From Desulfatiglandales bacterium (GTDB lineage Bacteria; Desulfobacterota; DSM-4660; Desulfatiglandales; Desulfatiglandaceae): a stretch of DNA of 64,000 nucleotides. Below are positions 9,904 through 19,058 of this stretch, one piece after another. Below the pieces are notes generated by a model. That model searched no databases. It was given only the letters and a program-made list of their open reading frames with translations, and had not been told where the DNA came from. The position numbers were made by a program, and so were the translations under genes. Numbering within the stretch: the first letter of the stretch is position 1; each line of letters starts with the position of its first letter. The stretch spans positions 1,152,001 to 1,216,000 of the forward strand of contig OY762721.1 of assembly GCA_963666345.1 (NCBI GenBank), given 5' to 3'.

Positions 9904-9944
9904 AGCGAACAATGCCATCACCGGAGGGGATGGCATTGTTCGCT
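9904..9944 (-). repeat. Short attC-like perfect hairpin between two cassettes
   Basis: GCAGCGAACAATGCCATC-N9-GATGGCATTGTTCGCTGC, 18-bp perfect stem with AAC/GTT cores. Confidence 0.6.
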
Positions 9945-9950
9945 GCCTGT

Positions 9951-10790
9951 CTACCCCTTATTGGCAATGACCGCAAACTCGCTTGATTTCGGATCATACG
10001 GTGTTCCAGCCAGGTCAGAATAATATCCTTTGATGGAAAGACTTGCCTCCTTAAATTCCCTCTCTAGATCTTCGGGTGCAAAATACTGTAACCAGTTGTA
10101 CACCTGCTTAGTGCGCTCAGACTCAATAATTGTGTATTTGTCCAGCACTACCTTCTCATCATCGTATTTGAATGTATTTAGAAAGCCATAATACTTGTTT
10201 GGTGACCAAAATCCGTTGAGCTGGTTCACCTCATATGTCGCGGCCTCTTCCCTTTGTTCGAATGCCGATAGGGAATAAATGTCAATAAGTACCGAACCGC
10301 CCGGTTTTAGGATCTTATGGAATTTGCGCAGAAGCCCTTTCCTTTGTTTTGGGCTAAGGGCGCAGAAATCACACATGATCATCAGGACCAGATTGAACCG
10401 GTCTTCTGTTTCAAACTCAAAGTAATTCTGATTCACGTAGCTGATGTTTAATTGCTCGCGGGTTGCGATATCCTTTGCGTACTCGATGGACCTCCCCGAA
10501 AAATCGATACCTGTCACATTTGCTCCGTGTTTCGCCAAACGTGCTGCGTATAATCCAGGACCACACCCAAAATCGGCTATCTTGGAATCTATGCCGATGT
10601 TGAACTGAGTTGCGATCCATTCCACCGATCGATTGATGAATTCCGCGTTTCGTGAAGAAACGTCGATCGCCTCGTCGAGGTGAAACAAGAGCATCTGTTT
10701 TGATGTATGTTCATCGGTCCATAGATCGCTTGCGGTGTAAAATTGAAACGGTTCCGGCCGTTCGTTAATCCCCTCTAATTCATCAAACAT
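9951..10790 (-). CDS. Class I SAM-dependent methyltransferase (cassette-borne)
   Basis: IADFGCGPG motif I, VTGIDFS, LKPGG. Confidence 0.9.
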   Translation of the reverse strand: MFDELEGINERPEPFQFYTASDLWTDEHTSKQMLLFHLDEAIDVSSRNAEFINRSVEWIATQFNIGIDSKIADFGCGPGLYAARLAKHGANVTGIDFSGRSIEYAKDIATREQLNISYVNQNYFEFETEDRFNLVLMIMCDFCALSPKQRKGLLRKFHKILKPGGSVLIDIYSLSAFEQREEAATYEVNQLNGFWSPNKYYGFLNTFKYDDEKVVLDKYTIIESERTKQVYNWLQYFAPEDLEREFKEASLSIKGYYSDLAGTPYDPKSSEFAVIANKG

Positions 10791-10814
10791 TCTCTATCCT
10801 TGTTTATTACACAG

Positions 10815-10921
10815 AACAGTCCCAATATGAGGAAAATTTTCCATCTATTGGCATATTTAAACATGAAATATGGAAAATTTCATATCGACTTTTCCACCTA
10901 ACAGATAATGCTATCGATATC
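10815..10921. promoter_or_regulatory. attI-like / intI upstream region, copy 1
   Basis: Homologous to 15526-15663; the homology begins exactly at the AAC (bottom-strand GTT) core next to the first cassette. Confidence 0.65.
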
Positions 10922-11035
10922 ATGGAAAGTTCAAAATTCCGACCGGATCCCAATCTTCGTCTCATGGATCAGGTGCGACAGGTCTTGAGTTATCACCATT
11001 ATTCCTATCGCAAAGTCCTGATGGTCAGGTCTTGA
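10922..11035 (+). pseudogene. intI: 5' stub of integron integrase
   Basis: MESSKFRPDPNLRLMDQVRQVLSYHHYSYR resembles the IntI N-terminus (LxDQVR..R.HHYSYR); homology stops near 11011. Confidence 0.75.
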
Positions 11036-11192
11036 ATGTTGAATGTCTGGGTTCTTTTTCGATTGCCCGAATCCTTTTCTTCAGGTTTCTGTTCTGATAA
11101 ATTTTGCTCTTTACCCATCAGCCGGCATCTATGTGAATGGTGCCCTTTATCTCAGCCTCCATGGGTTAATTCAAATTTCAGGACCTGACCCC
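11023..11192. repeat. REP/REPIN-like inverted-repeat element
   Basis: GGTCAGGTCTTGAA...TTCAGGACCTGACCCC inverted termini between the intI and RAYT stubs. Confidence 0.55.
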
Positions 11193-11202
11193 TCTGCCCC
11201 GT

Positions 11203-11283
11203 AAAAAGAAACTCTTTCTTGTGACATCTATGGGTAATATGCCACGCATATCCTGGTATGTAATGTCGATTTGCCCTTGGCAT
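11203..11283 (-). pseudogene. 5' stub of REP-associated tyrosine (Y1/HUH) transposase, RAYT-like
   Basis: MPRANRHYIPGYAWHITHRCHKKEFLF. Confidence 0.7.
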
Positions 11284-11360
11284 ATTGTCCCCGATTTCTT
11301 AGAAATTAAAGTTTGGCATCAAAATTAATAATTTAAGCCAAAAAACGCTTAACATTCCGA

Positions 11361-11408
11361 CATTTTAGCTTTATTTCAGTTGGTTACCTCGGTCCTACCC
11401 CCGATTAA
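11361..11408. repeat. Shared border sequence of the attI units, copy 1
   Basis: CATTTTAGCTTTATTTCAGTTGGTTACCTCG...CCGATTAA, repeated at 15686-15731. Confidence 0.7.
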
Positions 11409-11426
11409 CACTCTCTTATAATTTAA

Positions 11427-14400
11427 TCAACGCATGGCATCCAGATCAAGCGCGACTGATATTGACTCGTCGGTAGTTCCTTCGGACGGCTTGACCATTA
11501 AACGTTCGGTAGGCAGTCCTTCAGTACCGGTGGTCATCATTCTTACAATAGCCTGTGCCCTATTGTCCGCTAGCTGTTTGAGCGTTGATCTTTCAACCTG
11601 CTCACGTTTCACAAGATCGGCGAACAGCTGTTTGGCAAGTTTAGCGGGATTTTCAGATACCTGTGTTGTATCAGCATTTTTTTTCACCTGTTTTGATTTG
11701 ATTTTTTCATCCTCAGGCTCCTTTTCAGGTTTCAGGGCCTCGTAAGCCTCCTGACCGTACCTTTCAACCAGGATTTCCGCTAATTTCTCCAGAGATTGAG
11801 GATTGCTGAAATCCACAGGTCCCGGATCTTCTCCCGGAGCCAAATGCACCCCTGTTGCCTCTGCCACTGCTCGACGGACCTTAATCCGTTTGATTGCCTC
11901 TCCATCGGAATCGCTGTTATAGCGACCTGTAACTATAAGCTTTAAATTGGGTCTTTTACTAAGTGCATCGAGTAATTTCACCAGTTTTTCCTGTTCCGGC
12001 GGAGGGACTTCATGGCGCCCTGCTTCAAAAATTATGGCATCAAGTTCTTCCTCCTCACCCCCTAACAACCCTCCGAGGGCCTTGAAAGGGGCTGTGACTA
12101 TCTTGGTCAGCAGGTTAACCAAGGCCTTCCATACAAGCGGGCCGTAGCGGAATTCAGGGTCTTCAAGGCTGCCGGTTATCGGCAAATCCATATCGATTAC
12201 ACCATTTGAATCTCTTAATAGGGCAATGGCGAGATCAAGCGGGAGGTTCATGGCATCGGGACTTTCGACTTTTTCACCCAGCTTCAGGGTATCTATCACA
12301 ATCTTGTTTTGACTCAGCAGTTGGCTGTTTTCGATCTTGTATTGCAGATCCAGGGAAAGCTTGCCGGAGTCGATCTTACGTCCCGCAAATTTGCCAGAAT
12401 AAGGTGTCAGATTGCTCATATCCACGTTGCTAAATATCACGGAGATATCTGTATGCTCTTTCGGATTAAAGGAATTGATCTCACCTTTGATGTTACTGCT
12501 TCCATATTCATCAACACGGCCTTGGAGGTCAACCTGTGTCAGGGCACCCGGAGAAGAAGATATACCTATAACCGTACCTTTAAGTTCATGGATTTTTGAA
12601 GCAAACTGAGGTCTCAGGCTGAGATCGGCAAAATCCAGTTTGCCTCTATCGAGGCTCAGCCTTCCGACCCTCACAGAAAAGGGCTGCCCTTCAGACTTCG
12701 GAGAAGATTCTTTAGGTTTAATTTCCGCTGAAGCTCTATCTTTGTCGCTAAATGCCTCCACCAGATTAACCGTCTTATCTTTATAAATGATAAATTTTCC
12801 CTCCAGCCCGGCAAGTTTCAGGATATCCATTTTTATCTCATTTGGTTTCAAACTAAAAAAGAGATCCGGGGTCTCAAGCTGCTCCCATCCCATCAGGGTA
12901 GCAGTACTGGAGTTTTCAATGATCTTAAGATGTGAAAAACCTATCCGTCCCTTGTATGTCGTGCCTCCTTTTGAATTACGATTAAATGTCCCGGCTGTGG
13001 ACAAGAGGCCGGACTTCAGCGTAAGGTCTGCAGCAGCTTTGGCAAGATAGGGCTGTGCAACGGGCAGGGAAAAGTCAGTTACGGTAACATCGGACTTTAT
13101 CTCAAAGCTAACCGGGTCAAGCTTGCCCGATACCGAAAACTCACCGCCTTGGACAACCTTAAGAGAAATCTCGAATGGGGATGGAGACGTTCCATCAAAA
13201 CGTGAAACAGTCAGATTAATGTTATCTAGATCAATCAGAGTGCTGCCTGGTTTTACCGTTAAATCAAAGATCTTTGTTTTGAAGCCCGAAAGCGATGCCT
13301 TTTCAACCAAGTATTGCCAGCCATTGCTGTCCTTTTCTTTTGGAGCCTTCTCAGGGGCAACCTGTTCTGAGTCTTTTGAGACAAGCAATTGGGCAAGGTT
13401 GATTTTGTTATCCTTATCACGGATAACATTAACCATGCCGTTTGAAAGCTCCAAACGGGAAATGGAAGCAGACTTCGTACCAAGGTCAAAAGACCCATCC
13501 GCCAATGTCATGGCTTCTATCTCAACGGCCGGCTGGGAGGCAGTTAAGAATTCCATCGCGATCTGCTTAAGGCTCAGGCCAAGGTCATCAACCTTAAGTT
13601 GTGCCTCTGTCGAACCGACGTTGATAGCCGCATTGAAGGCTAGCCGGACTTCATCGGCGGAAAAGCGGGTCGGCTTGGCTTTGCTATGGTCTGTGAAATT
13701 AATCGCCAGTTTTTGAAGGTCAAAGTCCGCGATATTAATGGCCCAAGGGTTTCCTTTATCTTTTGTGCTAGATGAAGGGGACGAAACCGGTCTTGTTTCT
13801 GTCTTTCTGCTTGTGAGCCTATGGATGCTCAACACCCCATCCCGGTCCTTTATAAGGTTCAGGGTTCCTCCCCGGATTGCAAGGCTGACTGGATCGATTC
13901 TGTGTTGGACGAGATCCACTTTTTCAGCATCCACACTTATTTCAAGCAGGCTCAAGAAGGGTTTTTCTGCCCCTTTACGCTGAAGCTTAAGGTTATCGCT
14001 CTTCACACTCAAATCATTCAAGGCAAATACAGGATTGTCTTTGCTCAAATCGAGAAGGTATTGGGTTTCTATGTTCAGTTTACCCTCCGGAGGGGCAATG
14101 TTCAAAAGAGAACAGACAAAATGCCAAGGGGTTATCAGGGATATCTGTTGAAATGCCAAGCTGCCTTGAGAGCGCAGTGGCTGCAACGAAACCTGGCCCG
14201 ATCCTTTGAGGGTTGCGCCATCCGCGCTTGTCGTTAATGTGTATTGGCCCACACGATCGGGTAATGTTGAGATACCACTCAGCCGGATGTCTAGAGGGGA
14301 AAATGACACACTTGCCGGTTTGGGCTGTCGATTATCTGTAATATCAATCCGGGCCCGGTTGATCCCTGCATCATGCAGCAATAACCTTAATGGTTTGCTT

Positions 14401-14831
14401 TTCTTTTCATCAGATGCCGCTTTTTTCTCTCCTGCCAGACGGGTCAAATTAACTTCGCCATTCTTCTCAATTAAGATATTCACGGACGGCGCATCAACAG
14501 AGATCTCTGCAAAGGTGAGTGCCCAGCGGAAAAGACTGCTGATTTGAAAATTGACGTACAAACGCTGGAACCCGGCAATTGCTATTCCATCAGGTTCATT
14601 AATCTGAAAAGCCGTTGCCTCTAGTGACAGGGTATAGGGATTAATTTTAACCTGCTCAAGGGATACTTCACAGTCAAGGCGTTGACTGAGCGTCTGCGGA
14701 AGATAGCGTTCAATTAAAAATGGCATCAAGACGAACCCAGCAATCGTATATAGAGCTATCAAAATGGCGACAATAATGAAGGCTTTGCTCCTGACAATTC
14801 TGATAAAAGTCTCTTTTAATTTATCATTCAT
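11427..14831 (-). CDS. DUF748 domain (AsmA-like) envelope protein
   Basis: N-terminal TM helix, repeated beta-rich segments, LTPYSGKFAG, LPLDLAIALLRD..G.I..DLPI.G.L.DP.F, C-terminal LA..RA..I segment. Confidence 0.85.
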   Translation of the reverse strand: MNDKLKETFIRIVRSKAFIIVAILIALYTIAGFVLMPFLIERYLPQTLSQRLDCEVSLEQVKINPYTLSLEATAFQINEPDGIAIAGFQRLYVNFQISSLFRWALTFAEISVDAPSVNILIEKNGEVNLTRLAGEKKAASDEKKSKPLRLLLHDAGINRARIDITDNRQPKPASVSFSPLDIRLSGISTLPDRVGQYTLTTSADGATLKGSGQVSLQPLRSQGSLAFQQISLITPWHFVCSLLNIAPPEGKLNIETQYLLDLSKDNPVFALNDLSVKSDNLKLQRKGAEKPFLSLLEISVDAEKVDLVQHRIDPVSLAIRGGTLNLIKDRDGVLSIHRLTSRKTETRPVSSPSSSTKDKGNPWAINIADFDLQKLAINFTDHSKAKPTRFSADEVRLAFNAAINVGSTEAQLKVDDLGLSLKQIAMEFLTASQPAVEIEAMTLADGSFDLGTKSASISRLELSNGMVNVIRDKDNKINLAQLLVSKDSEQVAPEKAPKEKDSNGWQYLVEKASLSGFKTKIFDLTVKPGSTLIDLDNINLTVSRFDGTSPSPFEISLKVVQGGEFSVSGKLDPVSFEIKSDVTVTDFSLPVAQPYLAKAAADLTLKSGLLSTAGTFNRNSKGGTTYKGRIGFSHLKIIENSSTATLMGWEQLETPDLFFSLKPNEIKMDILKLAGLEGKFIIYKDKTVNLVEAFSDKDRASAEIKPKESSPKSEGQPFSVRVGRLSLDRGKLDFADLSLRPQFASKIHELKGTVIGISSSPGALTQVDLQGRVDEYGSSNIKGEINSFNPKEHTDISVIFSNVDMSNLTPYSGKFAGRKIDSGKLSLDLQYKIENSQLLSQNKIVIDTLKLGEKVESPDAMNLPLDLAIALLRDSNGVIDMDLPITGSLEDPEFRYGPLVWKALVNLLTKIVTAPFKALGGLLGGEEEELDAIIFEAGRHEVPPPEQEKLVKLLDALSKRPNLKLIVTGRYNSDSDGEAIKRIKVRRAVAEATGVHLAPGEDPGPVDFSNPQSLEKLAEILVERYGQEAYEALKPEKEPEDEKIKSKQVKKNADTTQVSENPAKLAKQLFADLVKREQVERSTLKQLADNRAQAIVRMMTTGTEGLPTERLMVKPSEGTTDESISVALDLDAMR

Positions 14832-14952
14832 TGCATACTCCTCATAGACCCATCGCGATTATTATTCCTTTTGAAGGTATCCTCTTAACCGGTAGCATTT
14901 TCCAACCGCCTGTCGTGCTTCATGATTATTGTATGGCTGTATCAATAAAAAA

Positions 14953-14971
14953 GGTTCATCCGGCAAATGCC
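14953..14971. repeat. Orphan ISL3 terminal inverted repeat
   Basis: GGTTCATCCGGCAAATGCC, 19/19 identical to the ends of the ISL3 at 20257-21605; no partner end seen. Confidence 0.7.
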
Positions 14972-15184
14972 TTATACCAATGAAGTCTTCAACTCGCGTA
15001 AAGGCCTCAACTTCTGTTAGCCCTGCCCTTGTCGTATTTTCCCATGCTTTTGCAGGACGTTTGACTCTTGATTCAGTGATCCTACCACGGACGCCCGTAC
15101 GAACAGCCAATTGACCAAGTCTGAGCCTCAGCAATAAGGTAATTTGTTAGGCGATAATACGAAAAACTCCATATCGGTCACTGT

Positions 15185-15460
15185 CTATTTTAGAAGCTCC
15201 TCTGCTTCTGATGGAGTTGCCAAAGGGTAGATGTCAAAACTTACGGGGACAATGTTTGTCCATTGCGTCATAAGTTTATGAAGCTCATCGTTTGAAGACA
15301 CATCAAAAATGGCAACAATGCCTCTGCCTACCCTTGGGTAGAAGCAAACAATTTTATCTTTTGATTTTAAATCATTAATCCAAGAAAAAAATCCCAATCT
15401 CGCGTTCTTTACATCTTCCGGCCTGGAAGGGTGCGGTGTACTCACTACTAAATATAGCAT
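15185..15460 (-). CDS. Small dimeric alpha/beta-barrel-like protein (DUF3303 / muconolactone-isomerase-like), cassette-borne
   Basis: About 91 aa, FYPRVGRG.VAIFDV.SN.ELH; bounded by GTCAGGCG and CGCCTAAC cores. Confidence 0.65.
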   Translation of the reverse strand: MLYLVVSTPHPSRPEDVKNARLGFFSWINDLKSKDKIVCFYPRVGRGIVAIFDVSSNDELHKLMTQWTNIVPVSFDIYPLATPSEAEELLK

Positions 15461-15525
15461 ATTCAAACACCTTCTTGATTTTCAGATTTTAATGTTTTTC
15501 TGTACAGTTTTGAAATTTTTCGCCT

Positions 15526-15731
15526 GACAGTTCCAATATAAGGAATATTTTCCATCTATTGTTTCTATAGAAAGGGAAAAAGTCCTCTTATTGGCATATT
15601 TAATCATAAAACATGGAAAAGTTCACATCGACTTTCCCATCTAACAGATAATGCCATCGATATCATGGAAAATTCAAAATTCCTCCATTTTAGCTTTATT
15701 TCAGTTAGTTACCTCGACGACCTCCGATTAA
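15526..15731. mobile_element. attI-like unit copy 2: attI region, first codons of intI (MENSKF) fused directly to the shared border
   Basis: Aligns with 10815-10940 (32-bp indel) and then with 11361-11408. Confidence 0.65.
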
Positions 15732-15745
15732 TTGTTTTTATATTG

Positions 15746-16277
15746 GGTTCTTCTCCAACTTAGTTGTCGAAGAGGGTCCAAGGATTCAAGGATTCAAGGG
15801 TTTTCTTTCCAGGGATCATCGCTTTGGACATTGCCCCGACATCCCCTATTTCCCTTCTTAATCTCTGAAGCCGCTCTTCTTTCAAATAACCCAGGTCAGC
15901 TGATGTCATGTCCCGGGTTTCCAATTCACAGGCTGAACCATATGCAATAAAGAAAAATTACATATACTCTATAGCCGTTTTTCTCCCATACCCTCAGGCG
16001 GTATCCCTTGATACGAAAACAGCGGATCTTCTGATTCGGGAGGTAAAACAGTATTGCTCATCTTTAAAAAAACGTTTCGTTTCTTTATACATATGCAAAC
16101 GAGGTGTATACAATTTTTGCCGAACGTTTAACTTCCTATGATCTTTAAGCTTTTCACTCGAACCCGCGGCCCCTTGACCCCTCCAAACCGGGAACCCGCT
16201 GCGAAGCAGTGGGACTGAGCTGAGCTAAGCGAGGGCGAAGAATCCTTCATTTAGACCAACTCTTTTGGAGATGATCC
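15746..16277. mobile_element. Non-autonomous TIR element, copy B, with near full-length four-helix-bundle pseudogene; 8-bp target duplication
   Basis: TIRs GGTTCTTCTCCAA / TTGGAGATGATCC; TTATATTG at 15738-15745 and 16278-16285; minus strand TSRIRRSAV..A*GYGRK..IAYGSACELET..DLGY. Confidence 0.85.
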
Positions 16278-16316
16278 TTATATTGTTGGTTTGGATTTAC
16301 GGGCAGGACAATTCTT

Positions 16317-16385
16317 ATTAAACGCATGGGCTGACGGATGCGCAATCGTTTTCCCGCGTATCCTTTGTCAAGCCCGATGTTCGGT
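16317..16385 (-). repeat. attC-like site after hicBA
   Basis: Minus strand ACCGAAC-atc-GGGCTTGAC...GTCAGCCC-atgc-GTTTAAT. Confidence 0.65.
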
Positions 16386-16388
16386 TTT

Positions 16389-16568
16389 CTATTCGGCATT
16401 CAGATCCTTCAAAATTTTTTTTGCTAATGGTTATTTGATCTCGGTATGCCGGGGGACAGTTTCCGTAGCTCCATTCTTCGGATTAATCCAAAGTGAATGC
16501 GAGGCCCCCTCCCTCTTCAGGTAGCAGCCCGCAATTCTCAATCTTCGCTCAAGGTCTCGTCGTTTCAT
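16389..16568 (-). pseudogene. hicA: HicA toxin with premature TAA at codon 46
   Basis: MKRRDLERRLRIAGCYLKREGASHSLWINPKNGATETVPRHTEIK*PLAKKILKDLNAE; ATGA overlap with hicB. Confidence 0.8.
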
Positions 16569-16783
16569 CCTATCAGAACCTTATCCTGGATCGCGTCATC
16601 AGGCAGCCCCCGAAGAATGTCGGCCTTGCGATCTTCCAAAATCAATTCAATAGCCTGACGCAGATTTGTTTTGGTTTCTTCTATTGTCTCGCCCTGTCCG
16701 TTGGCGCCGGGTACCTCCGGACAGATAGCCCAGAAGTCGCCCTCGGGAGCCGGTTCTATGATTGCCGTAAATTCAGCTTTCAT
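16565..16783 (-). CDS. hicB: HicB-family antitoxin
   Basis: MKAEFTAIIEP..EGDFWAICPEVPGANGQGETIEE...L..AI.LIL; AAGGAG RBS. Confidence 0.85.
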   Translation of the reverse strand: MKAEFTAIIEPAPEGDFWAICPEVPGANGQGETIEETKTNLRQAIELILEDRKADILRGLPDDAIQDKVLIG

Positions 16784-16810
16784 TATCATCTCCTTATTTA
16801 TCATTGAAAG

Positions 16811-16860
16811 AACCAACCTCTCGCCTGATTGACCGTAGCGGAACCGCAATCAGGCGAGAA
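16811..16860 (-). repeat. Degenerate attC-like hairpin upstream of hicB
   Basis: TCTCGCCTGATTG...CAATCAGGCGAGA stem followed by GTTGGTT on the minus strand. Confidence 0.4.
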
Positions 16861-17173
16861 AGAAAATTGCACTTATTTCACTTCATTTTTAAATATCAGC
16901 GAATCTCCGTATGCATCTTTTTCAAACCGGCTATCATGTTTTAAAAATATTTTCATATTCTCATTTTCTGTGCTGAAATGATGTATCAGGATTTAGAACC
17001 GGGGCACGGTAACATATTGCAATTTACCACTTAACATTCCAAAAATAAATCCTGATTCAATAGGTGTATCATAATTTGAATCAAGGGCCTTTTTTCATGG
17101 CTGCCGTGATTAAAATGATCAAATACCGTATGCAAGGCCAAAAAGGACTATTCTGGGGGAAGCCAAAAATATT

Positions 17174-17839
17174 TCACAGGGCCATAAAAAAGCGGTCAAA
17201 CCCTGCAACAAAGGCTCTTCCATCCTTTTTAAGAAGCACACCTTCCTCTCCTGTAACCTGAACAATGGGGAAAACATCCCCGTTCCATTCCTGCCTGAAC
17301 CTATGAAGGATAGATGAAAAACCGCGTGATTTTGCCTTGCACTCAACTGCAAGGATCGGTCGATTTTTGAGTGTCAAAACAAAATCGATCTCCTTTTTGT
17401 CATAGGTCCTGACATAGTAGAGCCCCACCTTCGGCCACCCTGCATCATAAAGTGAGGTAACGAAACGGAGCAATTCAGTTCCTACCATATTTTCAAACCG
17501 GCTGCCTTCCCTGCCCGCATAAGTCCAGTCAAGAAAATACCATTTCTTTTCCTTCTTCATGGCCCTGTTTATCTTCCCTGAAACAGGGGGAATCGGCCAA
17601 GCGAGATAGAGGCTCTGCAGTGCTGACAGCCATGCCTGGACCGTGCTGTGACTTGATTCAATGTCTTCAGCAAGGGAACGCAGCGAAAGGGGCGATCCTA
17701 TCCTTTCCGGAAGAAGCTCCACGAGGTGAGAGACACGGTCAAGTTCTCTGATCCCTGAAAGATCTCTCAGGTCTTCCCGCACAAGAAGGCTCAAATAATC
17801 CCTGTGCCAGCAATTGACCAGTAAAAGCATATACGCCAT
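17174..17839 (-). pseudogene. C-terminal fragment of an AAA+ ATPase / DUF4143 protein
   Basis: GSPLSL.SLAED, KKWYFLD, FEN.V..EL, EIDFV, AVECK; Walker A region missing. Confidence 0.7.
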
Positions 17840-17889
17840 TGATCATTAATGCGAATGCCGTATTGACCTGAACGATCACCTTTGCCATG

Positions 17890-17956
17890 CCCGGCACACA
17901 AGGTTAAACTGAGAGGCGCGTTTTTTTAGCGGTCGGCTCAAGTGATTGGTTCGCTT
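17890..17956 (-). repeat. Degenerate attC-like site after the RelE-type toxin
   Basis: Minus strand AAGCGAAC-caatcac-TTGAGCCGACCGC...GCGCCTCTCAGTTT; the AAGCGAAC core is complementary to GTTCGCTT at the cassette start. Confidence 0.6.
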
Positions 17957-18236
17957 ATGTGCTTTTGACATACGTCTTCAGATCGCGATAATAATTCTCA
18001 TGGGGGCCAATCATTATCAATTCGAGGTCTTCCGCCACGAATCTGTAAGCCAAAAGATACTGAGTCGTCTTAATATTATACTTATGGACGTAGATCCCTC
18101 GCAGATCACCTTTCTTTTCGGTACCAATAGCCGGATTTTCAGCAATGAGCTTGACTTGTTCATCAAGTTGCAACTTCTGTGTCTTGCTGAACTTCTTGAC
18201 TTTTCGCGCAAACGATCTTGATTGAAGAATCTTCAT
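17955..18236 (-). CDS. RelE/ParE-family toxin
   Basis: F.RKVKK, NP.IG..KKGDL, LLAY, IGPHENYYRDLK. Confidence 0.85.
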   Translation of the reverse strand: MKILQSRSFARKVKKFSKTQKLQLDEQVKLIAENPAIGTEKKGDLRGIYVHKYNIKTTQYLLAYRFVAEDLELIMIGPHENYYRDLKTYVKST

Positions 18237-18242
18237 AGGGGA

Positions 18243-18461
18243 CTACCCGAATTTGTATTCTGAGGATTCATCCAGTTCCAGCTCAGCGACTCCAATAAGG
18301 ATTTCTTTAATCAGGCCATACGTGAGGTCGGGATTATCCTCAGCGCATTTGCCGATTCTGGCCCAATGTTCAATTTGGCCGGTGATAGACCGTTTGTCGA
18401 TTTTGCTATAGATTTTAGCCTCTTTGACCAGATCGCCAGAGACTCTTACAGCGGTTGCCAT
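18243..18461 (-). CDS. ParD-like antitoxin
   Basis: MATAVRVS..LV.EAK......RSITGQIEHWARIGK.AE.NPDL. Confidence 0.85.
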   Translation of the reverse strand: MATAVRVSGDLVKEAKIYSKIDKRSITGQIEHWARIGKCAEDNPDLTYGLIKEILIGVAELELDESSEYKFG

Positions 18462-18545
18462 GTCAGCACCTCCGATTAATTTTATTGCAATATACTACAA
18501 TTCATAGCAATTTGCAACATTTGTAAGTGGGATTGTCAATATTGA

Positions 18546-18649
18546 AGCGAACGCCCCGCCTGAGCCGCGGCCCATTAAAATTTCAACCCTTCACAGTTTT
18601 AACGAAAAACCGCAATTTTTCCGCCGTCTGCTCCAGGCGGATGTTAGCT
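18546..18649 (-). repeat. attC site
   Basis: Minus strand AGCTAAC-atc-CGCCTGGAGC...GCTCAGGCG-gggc-GTTCGCT; upstream ORF stop codon lies within the first core. Confidence 0.8.
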
Positions 18650-19054
18650 GCCGGGAACAAACCCAGCAGGGGGAACACTCTTGTTTCTCACTGAATGTAT
18701 GACCTTGTCGTTTGCTAAACGAACCCTGGCAAGGGAATAAGCATTTTCTCTGATTTTCTCTGGAAGATGATTAAGCGGGATCCATGTTTCCCACGATTCT
18801 TCTGGCTTGAGTCGCCGGGGAAGTGGCCGAGCAGGATTAAGTATATGAATGTCTGTACCGGCGACAACCCAAACATGGGTCACCTCAACTTCACGTTGAG
18901 GAGATGCATTCCTAACGTTGATGAAATAACACTCTGGGCCATTGGGTAAAAGAAGAGCACTATGGCAACGGACTTTTACACTTTTGCAAAGACCAATTGC
19001 ACTAAATATCCACCCGAGAACTGTTTGAACCATCTCTAAAATCACCTCAATCAT
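18644..19054 (-). CDS. Hypothetical gene-cassette protein with N-terminal hydrophobic segment
   Basis: 136-aa ORF bounded by GTTATCTGCC and GGCAGCTAAC. Confidence 0.65.
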   Translation of the reverse strand: MIEVILEMVQTVLGWIFSAIGLCKSVKVRCHSALLLPNGPECYFINVRNASPQREVEVTHVWVVAGTDIHILNPARPLPRRLKPEESWETWIPLNHLPEKIRENAYSLARVRLANDKVIHSVRNKSVPPAGFVPGS

Positions 19055-19058
19055 AGGC

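Noticed and set aside
15800..16160. Diversity-generating retroelement suggested by the Avd-like four-helix-bundle remnant
   Set aside because: No reverse transcriptase and no TR/VR pair with adenine-specific differences seen
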